A stretch of DNA of 64,000 bases, taken from the IMG/VR virus record IMGVR_UViG_3300025132_006659, one strand, 5' to 3'. Of this stretch, positions 54,565 through 63,213 are shown piece after piece. Made by a program: the position numbers and the translations under genes. Origin of the DNA: an uncultured virus (IMG/VR IMGVR_UViG_3300025132_006659). Its lineage: Duplodnaviria > Heunggongvirae > Uroviricota > Caudoviricetes. How positions within the stretch are numbered: position 1 is the first letter of the stretch; each line of letters starts with the position of its first letter. Below the pieces are notes generated by a model that worked only from the letters and a program-made list of their open reading frames with translations, did no database searches and was not told the origin of the DNA.

Positions 54565-55388
54565 ATCTCCAGTTTTGCTTTCATACGTTCGAAATCCCCA
54601 GAAAGAACTTCTTTTGTCACGTCATATAATCTATCATTTACAACAATTTCTATTTTAGTTGGTGAGATGTTTTTCCCATTATACTTGAATGCTGGTGCTT
54701 TCTCAATTAGCTGCTCTTCGAACTCTTGGTGAATTCCCTTAGCAGCAGAACCAAATAGTCCTTGTTCCATAAATTTGAAAACTCTAGACATAACGTTCCC
54801 AACCAATCTTTTTGTGCCACCAGATATTTTCTTGTCTAATGTAATATAAGGGCCTAATTGTCTTTTTACGTTGTATGGTGGTTTAACTACAATCCTATTA
54901 TTTTCTTTGTCATAATAATCAAAAATCTTTTGTCCATTAGGCAGCGTTAAGGACAAGAACCTATCCATATAGGTGATTACGAAATCAATCCAAATGTCGT
55001 AGCTAACCTCATAATCTATTTCCAAGTGCCTAAAGCTGTAGGGGACCTCTAGGGTTATAATCATACCTAGTCCATCTAAATCAGGATCCATCTTTCTATA
55101 TGAATGAATGCCTGTTTCTTCATCCCAATCAGAGACTGCCGCAGTGCTCTTGAGTCTTCTTAGTGCTCTATTCTTGTCACTAAATAAGTAAAAGCCACCA
55201 CCCTGAGCAGAGGCCATATCTACGCTCCTATTGGTTGTAATCTCTTTCCATCCAAGCACATTAGATAGATTTACCCCTGTGTTTGTTGCGTGATAGCCAA
55301 TTATTTTGTTACCCCTTCTATCTTCGTCTAAAAAGAATTCTATTTCTTCTTTTATTATTTGCTTTATTTGAAAGGCAGATAATATCAT
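54561..55388 (-). CDS. putative H-Y-type ADP-ribosyltransferase-fold protein with shared leader
   Basis: GYHAT strand and GGGFYLFSDKNRA motif; leader QIKQIIKEEI. Confidence 0.5.
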   Translation of the reverse strand: MILSAFQIKQIIKEEIEFFLDEDRRGNKIIGYHATNTGVNLSNVLGWKEITTNRSVDMASAQGGGFYLFSDKNRALRRLKSTAAVSDWDEETGIHSYRKMDPDLDGLGMIITLEVPYSFRHLEIDYEVSYDIWIDFVITYMDRFLSLTLPNGQKIFDYYDKENNRIVVKPPYNVKRQLGPYITLDKKISGGTKRLVGNVMSRVFKFMEQGLFGSAAKGIHQEFEEQLIEKAPAFKYNGKNISPTKIEIVVNDRLYDVTKEVLSGDFERMKAKLEI

Positions 55389-56074
55389 TAGTACGTATAT
55401 CTCCCGTAAAGATATGGAGCAAACAAGCCATGCTGCCTTATTGATCCTTTTTCTTCTTCATGTGGCACTTCGCCTAACTCAGTCGACTGGTCTTCTTCTG
55501 GATCTGAATAATAGTCATTGATAAGATCATCATAATCGTTATCGGTTTCAAAATGTGGTTTTTCGTTCTTCATCCATTCACTAATTTGATATAAAACTAA
55601 ATCAAGAACTTCCGGCTCTTTTTTATCTTTGGCTTCCAACATAAGGGCTTCTAGAGACCCATAGACGCTACCGCCTTTTATTGAGTCATAAGCCACAATC
55701 CCTTTTTTACGTAGATGGTTGAAAAGTCGATTTTCGGCACCATAAACCGCCTCCGACATCATGTCTTTAGCAAATGCAACAATTTTCTTTTTTTCCTTTA
55801 TTATCATGATATCAATGTCTTTATGGTCAAAAATCATAAAGTCGCCATTCAAAGCGCTTCTAACATTTAGTTGAAATTCAAATACTCTTTTCTTATCGTT
55901 AATGATGTTAACAGACATGTCAGGCGGCTTGATATTGACGCTAACCTTCTCTTCCTGACTCGGAAGGCCCGTTATTTGAACTGGAACTTGTTGCGCCTGT
56001 TGCACTCTAACATCAACATCATCGTATAAATCAACATTGAGCATGTCTTTGGGTGTTATTTTCAAATTAGGCAT
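55388..56074 (-). CDS. hypothetical protein (head gene cluster)
   Basis: ORF track; coupled to neighbours; acidic C-terminus. Confidence 0.75.
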   Translation of the reverse strand: MPNLKITPKDMLNVDLYDDVDVRVQQAQQVPVQITGLPSQEEKVSVNIKPPDMSVNIINDKKRVFEFQLNVRSALNGDFMIFDHKDIDIMIIKEKKKIVAFAKDMMSEAVYGAENRLFNHLRKKGIVAYDSIKGGSVYGSLEALMLEAKDKKEPEVLDLVLYQISEWMKNEKPHFETDNDYDDLINDYYSDPEEDQSTELGEVPHEEEKGSIRQHGLFAPYLYGRYTY

Positions 56075-56894
56075 TTCTATTGATCTCCGCTACTAAATCT
56101 TGTATATAAAAAACATCTTTTACCATTTGCTCACAGATAGGCTTCTTTGAAAAGTCTTTCAACTTAGTAGAAACACGCTCTATTTTGGACAAAAACATAC
56201 CATTTTTATCGTTTTTTTGAGTTTCGGTAATGTTATCTACCTCTTTTATAAGTCGTGAAATTTCCTCATTCATGAACGATTTTAGGCCTAATCCATTATC
56301 AGAAAAAGAAACAATATAATTAGTCAGTAAGTCCTTTTGCTCTTTTCTTAATGTCTTTTCATATCTCTTGTTAAAAGAATCCACAAAAGTTTTATAAGTC
56401 AGGTTATCAATATGCCTCATTTCCTTTTCGGCACTAGGCTTTTTAGTCAATTTTGTCAGCAGCCTAGATTCGACAATTAGTCTGTTTTTTGCCTTCAAAT
56501 TGGAATCAAAAAAAGCACCAACAGACGCTATGTCTTTGTAGTTTGATATAAAGTTAGCAAAAGCATTGTTTGATAACGTCTCGTTAATGGCTCTAATCAG
56601 CTTTGTCTGGAGGTTGAAGATAGCTTTTCTATCTAAAGCGTCGTAGTCTTTTTTCGCTTCAAAGATAAATCTTTTGGCGAACTCTGTAGACATCTTGTTG
56701 GATTCTAGAACCGATTTGTATATTTCCAAATCCTCTCTCAAGAGTGATCCTCTACAGTAAAACTCTTTTATAATCTTTATAATTGCTTTCTTTTTGTCTT
56801 TATCATTTCTAACAATTGATTTTGTAAGTTCTTTTACAAGACATTCGTAAAGAAAAGCGGTATTTCTTTTCTTATTGTGCTTCATTTTCATCAT
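56067..56894 (-). CDS. hypothetical protein downstream of the portal gene
   Basis: KHNKKRNTAFLYE N-terminus; start at ATG 56894 behind GAGG. Confidence 0.75.
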   Translation of the reverse strand: MMKMKHNKKRNTAFLYECLVKELTKSIVRNDKDKKKAIIKIIKEFYCRGSLLREDLEIYKSVLESNKMSTEFAKRFIFEAKKDYDALDRKAIFNLQTKLIRAINETLSNNAFANFISNYKDIASVGAFFDSNLKAKNRLIVESRLLTKLTKKPSAEKEMRHIDNLTYKTFVDSFNKRYEKTLRKEQKDLLTNYIVSFSDNGLGLKSFMNEEISRLIKEVDNITETQKNDKNGMFLSKIERVSTKLKDFSKKPICEQMVKDVFYIQDLVAEINRNA

Positions 56895-58815
56895 TATTCC
56901 TCTTTGATAGTAAGCCTTCAACTAAGTAAGCTGTTTCATCTTTAGTACTAAATAGTTTATTTTCTTCTACTTTATGAGATTCTATAATACCTTTCCCTAA
57001 ACGACTCAGTTCTGGATATCCTTTCCAGATTGATCGCCCAGTTTGTCCATATTCTCCAGTAGCCATATTTTTCATCTGCTTTCTTCTGCCGCCTTTGTCA
57101 TAAGAAGACTTGTGCCTTTTATATTTGCCTCTCTTGAACTTGGCCGCATCTGCACGAACCCAAATGTCCTCATCTCTTTTGCCGGGCGCTGCCAATAGAA
57201 CATCATCGTCACCACCAGCGTCTCCTCCTTCATCTTCTCCGGCATCACCGCCTTCATCACCTCCGAGGTCCAAATCACCACCAAGGTCCCCACCGAGATC
57301 GCCGCCAAGGTCTCCGCCTAGATCACCACCACCGAGATCGTCACCGCCTCCTTGTTCACCAGATGCTGCTTTTTCAAGATCTGCTAAGAATTTTTTGTCG
57401 AAGTACATCTCTCTTTGCATTCTGAGGAACTCTTCTTCGGATACACCCAACATGTTTTCTGCTACCCACCTTCTAGAGAAATAGTTTTCAGTGGCCGCAC
57501 CCGCTGCGTCGAATTTAGTCTTCCAGTGCTCCAGTTCTTGTAATTCTGCTATTTTTGAAGGGTTGTTCAAACCTAACTTGAATGACAGCAAGTCATCTCC
57601 ACGATAGCCCAATGTAAAAAGATGTATAATTCCTATTTTTTCCAATTCAGACACAACAGATCTTTGTAGTCTTTGAATTGTTCTCGCAAACCTGATGTCC
57701 TTTTGGGCCAATGTTGTCTTGTCTTCTTGTGCGCCCTCACCCATAACAAGGTATGATTGTGGGATTTTTAACGCTGCGAACAACTTTTCACGCAGATACT
57801 TAACATCTTCTATTTGGCCGGTAAATTCCCCACCTTTCATAGATTCGATTTTTGTGTTGGAAGCACCACCACGGATTGGAATAAAATAATCCTCCTCAAT
57901 AGAAAGCGGATTGTATCGTAAGTCAACCCGACCAGTTTTCGGATCAACAACTTGGTGTCTCTTCATTTGAGTCATGACTTTTTGCATATATTGCTCAACA
58001 TCTTGCGGGGGAATAGACCCAACATCAATATAAAATGCTCGTCTTTCTGGAGAACGAACAATTCTGTAGGCCATCATGGCGTCTTCTAACAAAATTAGCT
58101 GCCTCCATATGCGTCTGGCTGGCTCTAAGACTGAGGTCCCGTATGGATAGTGCTTGTCGTTTCCTAAAACCCTAAAATGTGCAACCTGCCAGTTTTCTAA
58201 TGTCAAACCAGCAGAATTCCACTGGAATTGTACATAATTTGGATTTGATTCATCTTCGCCTTCTAATCTTTCCACTTCTTGGGACGGAATCCCAATGCAC
58301 GAACGAACTCCTATGTTATCGTCAAGGTCTAAATACAAAAATAGATCGCCATACTTACACATGGTGCGAGCCCATCCAAAAAGATTGTGCTCTATGTTCA
58401 AAACATTGTAATATAATGAATTTAAAATTGCCTTTATTTCATCATTCGGACACTTGATCTTCAACATTGGTTGTATTGAGGAGTGTGTAGTGATTTCGTC
58501 CGCATAAATATCAATACTAGATGCAATTATTGGTTCATATTCCATTTCATCAAAATCTACATAACGCTCTGTTCTATTTCTAGCCGAGATCATGTTGACA
58601 GTGATCGCATTCATTGCATTGTATTCTGTCTTTTTGAATTGTTTACCGCTAGCAGATCTAAACTTAGATGAAAACATGTCTAAATGTCTGCGTCTGAGTT
58701 TTCTGCCTGTTTGAGTTCTTCTATTTATTATTGGACCCGAAAATAATTTTGTGAGCGCTTTGAAAAGCCCTGATGTTTCATTATACGGATTCTTGTTATT
58801 TTTATTATAAGCCAT
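56872..58815 (-). CDS. portal protein (T4 gp20-like)
   Basis: LEDAMMAYRIVRSPERRAFYIDVG, EEDYFIP, IEDVKYL...KIP; directly after terminase. Confidence 0.95.
   Translation of the reverse strand: MAYNKNNKNPYNETSGLFKALTKLFSGPIINRRTQTGRKLRRRHLDMFSSKFRSASGKQFKKTEYNAMNAITVNMISARNRTERYVDFDEMEYEPIIASSIDIYADEITTHSSIQPMLKIKCPNDEIKAILNSLYYNVLNIEHNLFGWARTMCKYGDLFLYLDLDDNIGVRSCIGIPSQEVERLEGEDESNPNYVQFQWNSAGLTLENWQVAHFRVLGNDKHYPYGTSVLEPARRIWRQLILLEDAMMAYRIVRSPERRAFYIDVGSIPPQDVEQYMQKVMTQMKRHQVVDPKTGRVDLRYNPLSIEEDYFIPIRGGASNTKIESMKGGEFTGQIEDVKYLREKLFAALKIPQSYLVMGEGAQEDKTTLAQKDIRFARTIQRLQRSVVSELEKIGIIHLFTLGYRGDDLLSFKLGLNNPSKIAELQELEHWKTKFDAAGAATENYFSRRWVAENMLGVSEEEFLRMQREMYFDKKFLADLEKAASGEQGGGDDLGGGDLGGDLGGDLGGDLGGDLDLGGDEGGDAGEDEGGDAGGDDDVLLAAPGKRDEDIWVRADAAKFKRGKYKRHKSSYDKGGRRKQMKNMATGEYGQTGRSIWKGYPELSRLGKGIIESHKVEENKLFSTKDETAYLVEGLLSKRNNDENEAQ
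57205..57352 (-). repeat. imperfect 12-bp tandem repeat encoding (GGDL)n and GGD/E in the portal C-terminal tail
   Basis: GGGDDLGGGDLGGDLGGDLGGDLGGDLDLGGDEGGDAGEDEGGDAGGDDD; codons vary between units. Confidence 0.8.
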
Positions 58816-58819
58816 TTTT

Positions 58820-60403
58820 TTATCCTTTGTAAATCCATGAGAATTTAGTCATATCTTCTTTGAATTTTTGTTGTTTTTCTTCAATTTTTTCGTTGTAGCC
58901 CTTCATTCCTTTAATTGTTGTGTTCATAACGCTGTCACTTTTATACATAGAATTCAATAGCGCTTTTTTATATTCTACTTCTCTCTTGTTGACCTGTAGA
59001 GCGGTATCTCTGACCCAGCAGCCGATGGCAAGTGCCATAACCAAATCGTCGTTATATGAACGCATTGCTTGTGGTTTGCCGTTTTGCCAAATAAATGTCT
59101 TCAATTCGTGATAAATTCTAGATGAATAAGTTGTTAAGAGTCGATTCCTAAAAAATTCTTCCAATTTAGCCACAACCAGTGGCCTTGTCTTGGTAGAAGT
59201 AGTAAACCCTGCTACGGCCTTGTCCATCACTTCCCCCTGATAAGACTCAACGAACTCATGCGTTGACTTTATTGAATAGTAAAGATTAGGATATCCCAAA
59301 TCACATAGCTTTTCTAAAACAGAGATCCCAATTCCGTTGTTCTCGACAACTAATAAGCAATTTCCGTATTCAACACCGGCATCAAACAGGATCCTAGAAT
59401 ATAAATCTAAAGATGGTTTGCCCTGATATTCTGCTACGATCTCCATGGTGTTTAGTTTTATGACATGGAATACAGAATTATCTGCACCATCGCCTCTGGC
59501 TACGTCTGCTGTTAGTAAGTATTGGTTATTGCCGTCAAATTTCTCCCAAATCCAAAAATTTCTATCATATCCAGTTCTATAGATCGGATCTTTGATGTTT
59601 CCTTGAATCCAAGCCAAATCATCCGGATGAACAACTGTATCTCCGGAGGTGTTAAAATTACAGAGCAATTCTTGGGCCACTTGTCTCTTAGACATGTTTT
59701 TAGTTTCCTTTTCAAACCAAGCCTGATCTCGCTCCGGGTGCACATCCCACATTAGCTCTATGGGATTGAATTCGTTTTCTCCGTCAACTGCCCCAATATA
59801 CGTCTTGTGAAACCAGTTTCCCGTTCCTTTTGGAGTAGAAAGTGCAATGCACCGACCACCAGTTGCTAGCGTGGAGTAAACCGCAGTCCAAATTTCATTC
59901 ATTTTTTCTATATGAGCAGCCTCATCAACAACAAGCAAAGATAACGCCTCTGAACGACCAGCGTCTTCAGAAGTGGGCACTGCTTTTATGATTGAGCCAT
60001 TAGATAATTCAAAAGACGTTCTATTGTCAACGTCAATTGTTGCTATTTTCATCCACTCAGGTAAATTCTTCATCATACTTTTTACTTTTTTTACTAAGTT
60101 CGCCGCTGTGCTGAACTTGGTCGCAAGAACAACAATGTTCTTTTCTTTGTGGAAAAGCATAAACCAAACGCAATAAGCAGCAGTAATGGTTGATATCCCT
60201 AACTGCCTAGCTTTTAGAATAACGTTGAATCTAAAATCATTATAATCATTTAGTAAATCATCTTGATATGGGTAAGTCTTGAACTGAATCAAACCTTTCA
60301 TGGGGTGACTTATTCGACAATAATTATTAATAAAATGTGGAGCATCTTTTCCACATTTTAGTATTTCTTTAACAATCTGTTTCTTTGTTAACCTGAAGGC
60401 CAT
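58820..60403 (-). CDS. terminase large subunit (T4 gp17-like)
   Basis: LKARQLGIST, GRSE, VVDEAAH, STPKG, ADVARGDGADNS, VENN and DDLVMA. Confidence 0.96.
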   Translation of the reverse strand: MAFRLTKKQIVKEILKCGKDAPHFINNYCRISHPMKGLIQFKTYPYQDDLLNDYNDFRFNVILKARQLGISTITAAYCVWFMLFHKEKNIVVLATKFSTAANLVKKVKSMMKNLPEWMKIATIDVDNRTSFELSNGSIIKAVPTSEDAGRSEALSLLVVDEAAHIEKMNEIWTAVYSTLATGGRCIALSTPKGTGNWFHKTYIGAVDGENEFNPIELMWDVHPERDQAWFEKETKNMSKRQVAQELLCNFNTSGDTVVHPDDLAWIQGNIKDPIYRTGYDRNFWIWEKFDGNNQYLLTADVARGDGADNSVFHVIKLNTMEIVAEYQGKPSLDLYSRILFDAGVEYGNCLLVVENNGIGISVLEKLCDLGYPNLYYSIKSTHEFVESYQGEVMDKAVAGFTTSTKTRPLVVAKLEEFFRNRLLTTYSSRIYHELKTFIWQNGKPQAMRSYNDDLVMALAIGCWVRDTALQVNKREVEYKKALLNSMYKSDSVMNTTIKGMKGYNEKIEEKQQKFKEDMTKFSWIYKG

Positions 60404-60409
60404 TATACA

Positions 60410-60961
60410 TTAGCCCTTTTTCCTTGTATCGTTCTGGGGTCTCTTGTTATTGTTACTTAACTCTAAAAACTTTCTAATAGAATCATCAACAGATCTATTT
60501 TCTGATCCTTTCCAGCCTTCGTCTTCTTTTAGGCCGGATATGTTATAGTGACGATATGCTTGTACAAATGACCTTACTCGTGAAACAGAAGTTGCTAAAA
60601 TCTGAATATCGTCTACTTTTGATAATGTAATTGATTTGCCGGTGATTACCTTATACTCTTTTTGCAAGAACTTTTTGATCTCATCGAGTCTTCTTTCCAT
60701 CTCTGTTTCAAAGCCGCCACCATGAATCTCTTTCAATTGAATGTCTGATTGGTATTTTATACAGATTTTATTTCCGTAAAATTTTACATTAAATCCATCC
60801 ATAACCCTAGAATCCATTATAGGGCAACCTTCCTCTCTCTGGAGTCCGACTTTCTTAGCCTCGCCATCACGAACAAAGCGCTCATCATGCGAACCATCAT
60901 AAGCATTTGCTGCCGCTTGGGCCAAGCCTCTTACAATCTCTAAAATATTAGAATCTGCCAT
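60410..60961 (-). CDS. hypothetical protein
   Basis: ORF track; coupled to neighbours. Confidence 0.75.
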   Translation of the reverse strand: MADSNILEIVRGLAQAAANAYDGSHDERFVRDGEAKKVGLQREEGCPIMDSRVMDGFNVKFYGNKICIKYQSDIQLKEIHGGGFETEMERRLDEIKKFLQKEYKVITGKSITLSKVDDIQILATSVSRVRSFVQAYRHYNISGLKEDEGWKGSENRSVDDSIRKFLELSNNNKRPQNDTRKKG

Positions 60962-61266
60962 TATTTTTTCCTCTTTTTTCTTTTGAATCCTTCCATCATA
61001 CCGGCATGCATTGGCATTCCGCCCATGTCACCTGAAGGAGGAATGGAGCCTCCTGTTGGCGGCAAGTCGCTACCACCATCAGACATAGCTTTCAATTCCT
61101 CAATAAAACCATCTAAAACCATAATTGGATCTGGGATTCTGCCTGAAAGCAATAATCGTCTCAATTCATCCATGGCCTTTTCAACAGCCCAATCATTATC
61201 GATTTCCTCAAGTCTTTGCATTTCTTCTTGAATAATTTTTCTAAGTCTCGTTTTTGTAATCTTCAT
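60961..61266 (-). CDS. hypothetical protein with an MKITKTRLRKIIQEE leader
   Basis: Start moved to ATG 61266 (GGAG SD). Confidence 0.7.
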   Translation of the reverse strand: MKITKTRLRKIIQEEMQRLEEIDNDWAVEKAMDELRRLLLSGRIPDPIMVLDGFIEELKAMSDGGSDLPPTGGSIPPSGDMGGMPMHAGMMEGFKRKKRKK

Positions 61267-61627
61267 TTGGTCTCCATCCGTTTTTCCATCTTTCTTCACG
61301 GCCTTCAACCCACTGAATGTAGCACCTTTGACAGCAACCAAACTTTGACATGTAAACATCATCGCTTGATTTGAATGAATATGTGTTACAAATCGGACAA
61401 GAACGATCAGATTCTTTTGTAATTAGTTTCCTTGATATTAAAACACCGTCAATTTCAACATCATCATCTGGATTGCTTTCTGGCTTGTAAAGCCTTTTCA
61501 TTTCCGATAAGTATTTTTTTTCTTTTTTATCGCACCAATTCTTTTTAGGGTGCTGTACGGTTTCATCGCCATACTTTTTTGCTATTGCTTTTTCTATTTT
61601 AATTGCATAATTTGGATCTTTGCTCAA
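61241..61627 (-). CDS. zinc-finger-containing hypothetical protein
   Basis: CPIC...CCQRC; probable TTG start at 61627 behind GGAGG. Confidence 0.7.
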   Translation of the reverse strand: MSKDPNYAIKIEKAIAKKYGDETVQHPKKNWCDKKEKKYLSEMKRLYKPESNPDDDVEIDGVLISRKLITKESDRSCPICNTYSFKSSDDVYMSKFGCCQRCYIQWVEGREERWKNGWRPNEDYKNET

Positions 61628-61637
61628 GGTGCCTCCA

Positions 61638-61883
61638 TTAGTCTTCAATAAAAATCTTACTTAGAATAGCTGCCTTGACTAATCCCTGAACGTTTTCATT
61701 TCCACCAGAAATGTTTTTTGCTGCGTCGTCTACAATCTTGACCACAGCAGCATTTGTTTTCAAATCATCTCTAAGTTTTTTCGCAATTGGTCCAACTTTA
61801 TTTTCCAATTCGTCTGATAGGACGTTATCTAGCTCCATCTCTTCTTTTATTAAGTTCAATAATTTTTGTTTTGTTATTTTCAT
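61638..61883 (-). CDS. hypothetical protein with an MKITKQKLLNLIKEE leader
   Basis: Start moved to ATG 61883 (AGGA SD). Confidence 0.7.
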   Translation of the reverse strand: MKITKQKLLNLIKEEMELDNVLSDELENKVGPIAKKLRDDLKTNAAVVKIVDDAAKNISGGNENVQGLVKAAILSKIFIED

Positions 61884-61891
61884 AATAATTC

Positions 61892-62302
61892 CTATTTTAT
61901 AACATTCATTATGCCAATCGCAGTTGCCACACCAGTGATAAATCCACCAGCCAACCACCACGAGTTTTTACTTGGCTTAATCTGTTCACGAAGAAATTTG
62001 TTTTCTTCTTCCCTAATGCTAATTAGTTCGCTCAAACGCATATCATCTGCTTCACAAGTCGCCGTGAGGATATCAAACTTGTATTTTTCATGTGCCTTCA
62101 TCAAATCAACCTCGTAATTCACACGCAACTGGCATTCTTTGCCTTCGAATTTCTTATCAACAATGATAATTGCAAGAGCCTCGTCGTTGAATAGTCGCCC
62201 TGCGAAGGGCGCAGCTTCTCCTTTCTTAATACTTGTAAACTTTGGCACATCCGCATGAGCAACAGGGCATGCCATTAGCAAAAACATAAAAAAACTAGTC
62301 AT
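61892..62302 (-). CDS. exported coiled-coil protein with a C-terminal membrane anchor (spanin-like architecture)
   Basis: Hydrophobic N-terminus with LMAC and AHA; coiled coil; C-terminal WWLAGGFITGVATAIGIM. Confidence 0.6.
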   Translation of the reverse strand: MTSFFMFLLMACPVAHADVPKFTSIKKGEAAPFAGRLFNDEALAIIIVDKKFEGKECQLRVNYEVDLMKAHEKYKFDILTATCEADDMRLSELISIREEENKFLREQIKPSKNSWWLAGGFITGVATAIGIMNVIK

Positions 62303-62323
62303 TTGATCTCCGTGTAAAAATAT

Positions 62324-62352
62324 AGTATAACACGCTTTTAGGGGTTTGTCAA
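62324..62352 (-). promoter_or_regulatory. sigma70-type promoter
   Basis: TTGACA (62347-62352), 17 nt, TATACT (62324-62329). Confidence 0.85.
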
Positions 62353-62380
62353 GTTTTTTCTTGTAATTATATTCTATTTC

Positions 62381-62986
62381 TCACATACTATCCGATTTGA
62401 ATATATCATGAAGAACTTCCTTGTTGTACAATTTGAACATATCATAGATAACTTCCGTGACAATTTGATCTATAGATTCACGATGTTTCCCGAACCACTC
62501 CTCACCGTCAGGGAAGCCATGCCATTTAAGCTGATTGTCCTGACTTTTTTGATGTTCTGGTTCTCCTTTCCATCTATTAGCCAAACGTTCCCTGAAGCCG
62601 GGATAATGTGTGTCAAGTACATGGTTCATTACCTTTGGCTTTAGTGCGTGTATATTCCAATTCTTAAAGGGCATTCGCTCACGATCCCATCCAGATGATA
62701 AATAATCTATTGCTGTGTTTCGAATTGTTTCTTTTGGTATCCGCATCCCAGTAGTCCCAAGAATCTGTTCGGGTTTCTCAGGGCCCATATGATCTTTGTC
62801 CACGCCACCTAACTCAGATCCCATTATTGGATCTGTCTGGTATAATTCATCCGCCGCTCTTCTCTGTCGGGGATTGAGTGTTTTTCTGATGTCAGTCACC
62901 CCGGGTGGAACATACATTGCTTCTTTTACAAGCGAGCCTAATTCTTCTTTAATGATTTGTTTTAACTGTTTTGTTGTCAATTTCAC
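62381..62986 (-). CDS. hypothetical protein with an MKLTTKQLKQIIKEEL leader
   Basis: GTG start overlapping the upstream stop codon; shared leader. Confidence 0.7.
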   Translation of the reverse strand: MKLTTKQLKQIIKEELGSLVKEAMYVPPGVTDIRKTLNPRQRRAADELYQTDPIMGSELGGVDKDHMGPEKPEQILGTTGMRIPKETIRNTAIDYLSSGWDRERMPFKNWNIHALKPKVMNHVLDTHYPGFRERLANRWKGEPEHQKSQDNQLKWHGFPDGEEWFGKHRESIDQIVTEVIYDMFKLYNKEVLHDIFKSDSM

Positions 62987-63213
62987 TACTCTATGTCCTT
63001 TCCCGATTGTTTGATCTCGGCATCAAAAGTGTCTCTTAGTCTAATGAGAGGGTTGAAATTTGCTCGTTTTCTTTCTAAGATGAGGTTACCTTGCGGCCTT
63101 ACCAGTTCGCCTTCTAATTCTAATCCTTCAAAGTCTATGACCGTTTCTTTTTGATATTTGACCTTTGGTTCTTCGGTCTCTTGTGCTAATGTTAATAATA
63201 ATAAAAATTTCAT
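62986..63213 (-). CDS. cglF: adventurous gliding motility protein CglF/GltF-like
   Basis: YQKETVIDFEGLELEGELVRPQG...ERKRANFNPLIRLRDTFDAEIKQS matches my recollection of the myxobacterial CglF/GltF pattern KTxIDFxxxxxEGELxKPxG...FxSLIxxRxxFxxExxxS; short hydrophobic N-terminus. Confidence 0.75.
   Translation of the reverse strand: MKFLLLLTLAQETEEPKVKYQKETVIDFEGLELEGELVRPQGNLILERKRANFNPLIRLRDTFDAEIKQSGKDIE

Noticed and set aside
57205..57352. CRISPR array or non-coding tandem repeat
   Set aside because: In-frame codon-level repeats with synonymous variation and no spacers; no CRISPR array or tRNA was seen anywhere in the window
263..63014. The many plus-strand ORFs of 60-220 aa in the ORF track
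   Set aside because: Nearly all lie antisense to well-supported minus-strand genes, lack SD sequences and read as shadow frames
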